A DNA stretch of 63,960 nt, counting the filler, from Octopus bimaculoides (taxonomy: Eukaryota): assembly GCF_001194135.2 (NCBI RefSeq). It is 9 parts of 9 records of this genome, joined end to end, with 100 filler letters (N's around TTAATTAATTAA, not from the genome) between each part and the next. Parts side by side here need not be neighbours in the genome. Positions count along the whole stretch, not along the records: positions 57,567 to 62,728 come from NC_068984.1; positions 62,829 to 63,960 come from NW_026354342.1; 7 more parts are not named here. One strand, given 5' to 3'. Position numbers and translations under genes: made by a program. Below the pieces are notes generated by a model. That model ran no database searches. It was not told the DNA's origin and worked only from the letters and a program-made list of their open reading frames with translations. Of this stretch, positions 61,755 through 63,960 are shown piece by piece; the first letter of the stretch is position 1, and the number at the start of each line of letters is the position of its first letter.

Positions 61755-62432
61755 ATAAAATGATATTAAACTATGTGAAACGAAGGCATTTCTCTTCCAC
61801 TTTTTATATGTTTTCCACATATTTTCAACCTATANNNNNNNNNNNNNNNNNNNNNNNNNNNNNNNNNNNNNNNNNNNNNNNNNNNNNNNNNNNNNNNNNN
61901 NNNNNNNNNNNNNNNNNNNNNNNNNNNNNNNNNNNNNNNNNNNNNNNNNNNNNNNNNNNNNNNNNNNNNNNNNNNNNNNNNNNNNNNNNNNNNNNNNNNN
62001 NNNNNNNNNNNNNNNNNNNNNNNNNNNNNNNNNNNNNNNNNNNNNNNNNNNNNNNNNNNNNNNNNNNNNNNNNNNNNNNNNNNNNNNNNNNNNNNNNNNN
62101 NNNNNNNNNNNNNNNNNNNNNNNNNNNNNNNNNNNNNNNNNNNNNNNNNNNNNNNNNNNNNNNNNNNNNNNNNNNNNNNNNNNNNNNNNNNNNNNNNNNN
62201 NNNNNNNNNNNNNNNNNNNNNNNNNNNNNNNNNNNNNNNNNNNNNNNNNNNNNNNNNNNNNNNNNNNNNNNNNNNNNNNNNNNNNNNNNNNNNNNNNNNN
62301 NNNNNNNNNNNNNNNNNNNNNNNNNNNNNNNNNNNNNNNNNNNNNNNNNNNNNNNNNNNNNNNNNNNNNNNNNNNNNNNNNNNNNNNNNNNNNNNNNNNN
62401 NNNNNNNNNNNNNNNNNNNNNNNNNNNNNNNN

Positions 62433-62728
62433 CTCTCTCTCACTCTCTCTCACTCTTACTCTCTAGACTCTTACTCTCTTACTCTCTCACCCTTACTCTC
62501 TCACTCCCTACTCTCTCACTCTCTTCTCACTTTCCCTCTCTCTCACTCTCTTCTCTCTCACTCTCTTTCTATTCCTCTCTTTCTTCTCCCCCCGTACCCA
62601 CCTTCCCCCTCTCTCACATCCACCTTCCCTCTCTTATACCCACACTCTCTCCTCACTTCCTCTCTTTCTCTCCCATCCCATACCCACCCTCCCCTCTCTT
62701 ACATCCACCTTCCTCTTCCCCCTTCATC
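62433..62728. repeat. CT-rich low-complexity tract
   Basis: Direct reading. Confidence 0.9.
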
Positions 62729-62828
62729 NNNNNNNNNNNNNNNNNNNNNNNNNNNNNNNNNNNNNNNNNNNNTTAATTAATTAANNNNNNNNNNNNNNNN
62801 NNNNNNNNNNNNNNNNNNNNNNNNNNNN

Positions 62829-63127
62829 GAAGAGGAGGAGGAGGAAAGGAGAGGGAATAGCATTGGCGGTGGTGGTGGTGGCGGTGGTTCCTGTTGTGGT
62901 TTTCTTGTTACTACTTGTATTATTCTTAGTAGTAGTAGTAGTAGTAGTAGTGGCGGCGGTGTTGGTGGTGGTGGTGGCGGTGATGATGATGATGGTTTTG
63001 GTGGTTTGCAGTGGTGGATATCATCATCATCATCATCTTCATCTTCATCGTCACCATCATCATCATCATCATCATCATCTTCATCTTCATCGTCATCATC
63101 ATCATCATCATCATCATCATCTTCATC

Positions 63128-63173
<46 letters not shown>

Positions 63174-63420
63174 CCATCATCATCGTCATCGTCATTATTG
63201 TTGTTCTTATTATTCATATTGCTTTAATAGAAATATTACTGCTGTTGCTGCTGCTGCTGCCGCAGGTACCCTTTATTGCTGCTGTTGCCGTTCCTCTTAG
63301 TGCTCTTACAGGTTCTCTTGCCGTTGTTGTTGTTCTTGTTGTTGTTGCTGCTGCTGTTGTTGTTGTTGTCGATGTTGTTGCTGTTGTTGTCGATATAATA
63401 ATTGTTTACTTTGTTGTGAT
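62829..63420. repeat. Mosaic of triplet microsatellites (GGT, GTA, CAT, GCT, GTT)
   Basis: Direct reading; explains the homopolymeric ORFs in the track. Confidence 0.95.
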
Positions 63421-63960
63421 CCTTTCCAATGGAAGATTTGAGTGATCAATCCATTGGATAAGTTAAGTTTGGGTTTTCTTTCTTTTTTTTTTTCAAAAAA
63501 TTTATCGAATTTGTGACGTTTTCTTTTAACTCTTGCATTATATGAATATGTATGTGCGTGTGTCTACACACACTTATGCAAACACGCACACACACATATC
63601 CATACACATGTGTTTGTATAAGTGTGTTTGTGTGCTCGCTTGCTTAACCGACTGCATGTGTTTAGATGACTATATGTGTGTGTGTGTGTGTGTGTGTGTA
63701 CGTTTTGTTTTTACAAGTATGAGAAAGAGAATTAGAATTAAATACACAAAGCAGAGTATATAAACTGTTTTATTAGCTGCCAATACGACAAATGTTATGC
63801 AGGTACCTATATTTTCGTTAAAAACCATTTTTCATGTTTTGGAAATCGATTAGGAACGAAACTGCAAGTGCCTGAGCTACTCTTGTAGGAATTTTAGCTA
63901 ATAAGATTTCATATATATATATATATATATAACCTCGTGGGCATCGGTACCATTTTCCTC

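Noticed and set aside
4136-62776. Long poly-X ORFs in the track (e.g. 6735-7544, 11573-12412, 51971-54223)
   Set aside because: They are open only because N gaps contain no stops; the exception is the real PLE peptide at 52928-53567
62777-63445. Poly-Asp/Ser/His/Ile/Met ORFs (also 14726-15022 and 56130-56448)
   Set aside because: Translations of triplet microsatellites in multiple frames; no coding evidence

Overview
AT-rich eukaryotic genomic DNA from a gappy draft assembly. The repeat content (several tRNA-derived SINE families, RTE LINE tails ending in (GAT)n, dense microsatellites) matches what I recall of Octopus genomes; this is an inference, not a database result. There is no confidently callable host gene, rRNA, true tRNA or CRISPR array; only a few weak exon candidates remain. 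The window is mostly transposon debris: RTE 3' ends, four tandem R4/Dong-like fragments each abutting (ATAC)n, a Tx1-like LINE, two DD37D (maT) and one mariner transposon, four Penelope-like (PLE) RT/GIY-YIG fragments, and many MITE/foldback inverted repeats. The most interesting signals are (i) about nine hammerhead-ribozyme-like motifs, including a tRNA-headed SINE-like family carrying a minimal hammerhead, (ii) an apparent (ATAC)n-targeting retrotransposon array, and (iii) PLEs with hugely expanded low-complexity linkers. Eight 44N-TTAATTAATTAA-44N blocks are artificial joins, so adjacency across them is unproven. Most long entries in the ORF track are N-gap or microsatellite artefacts.
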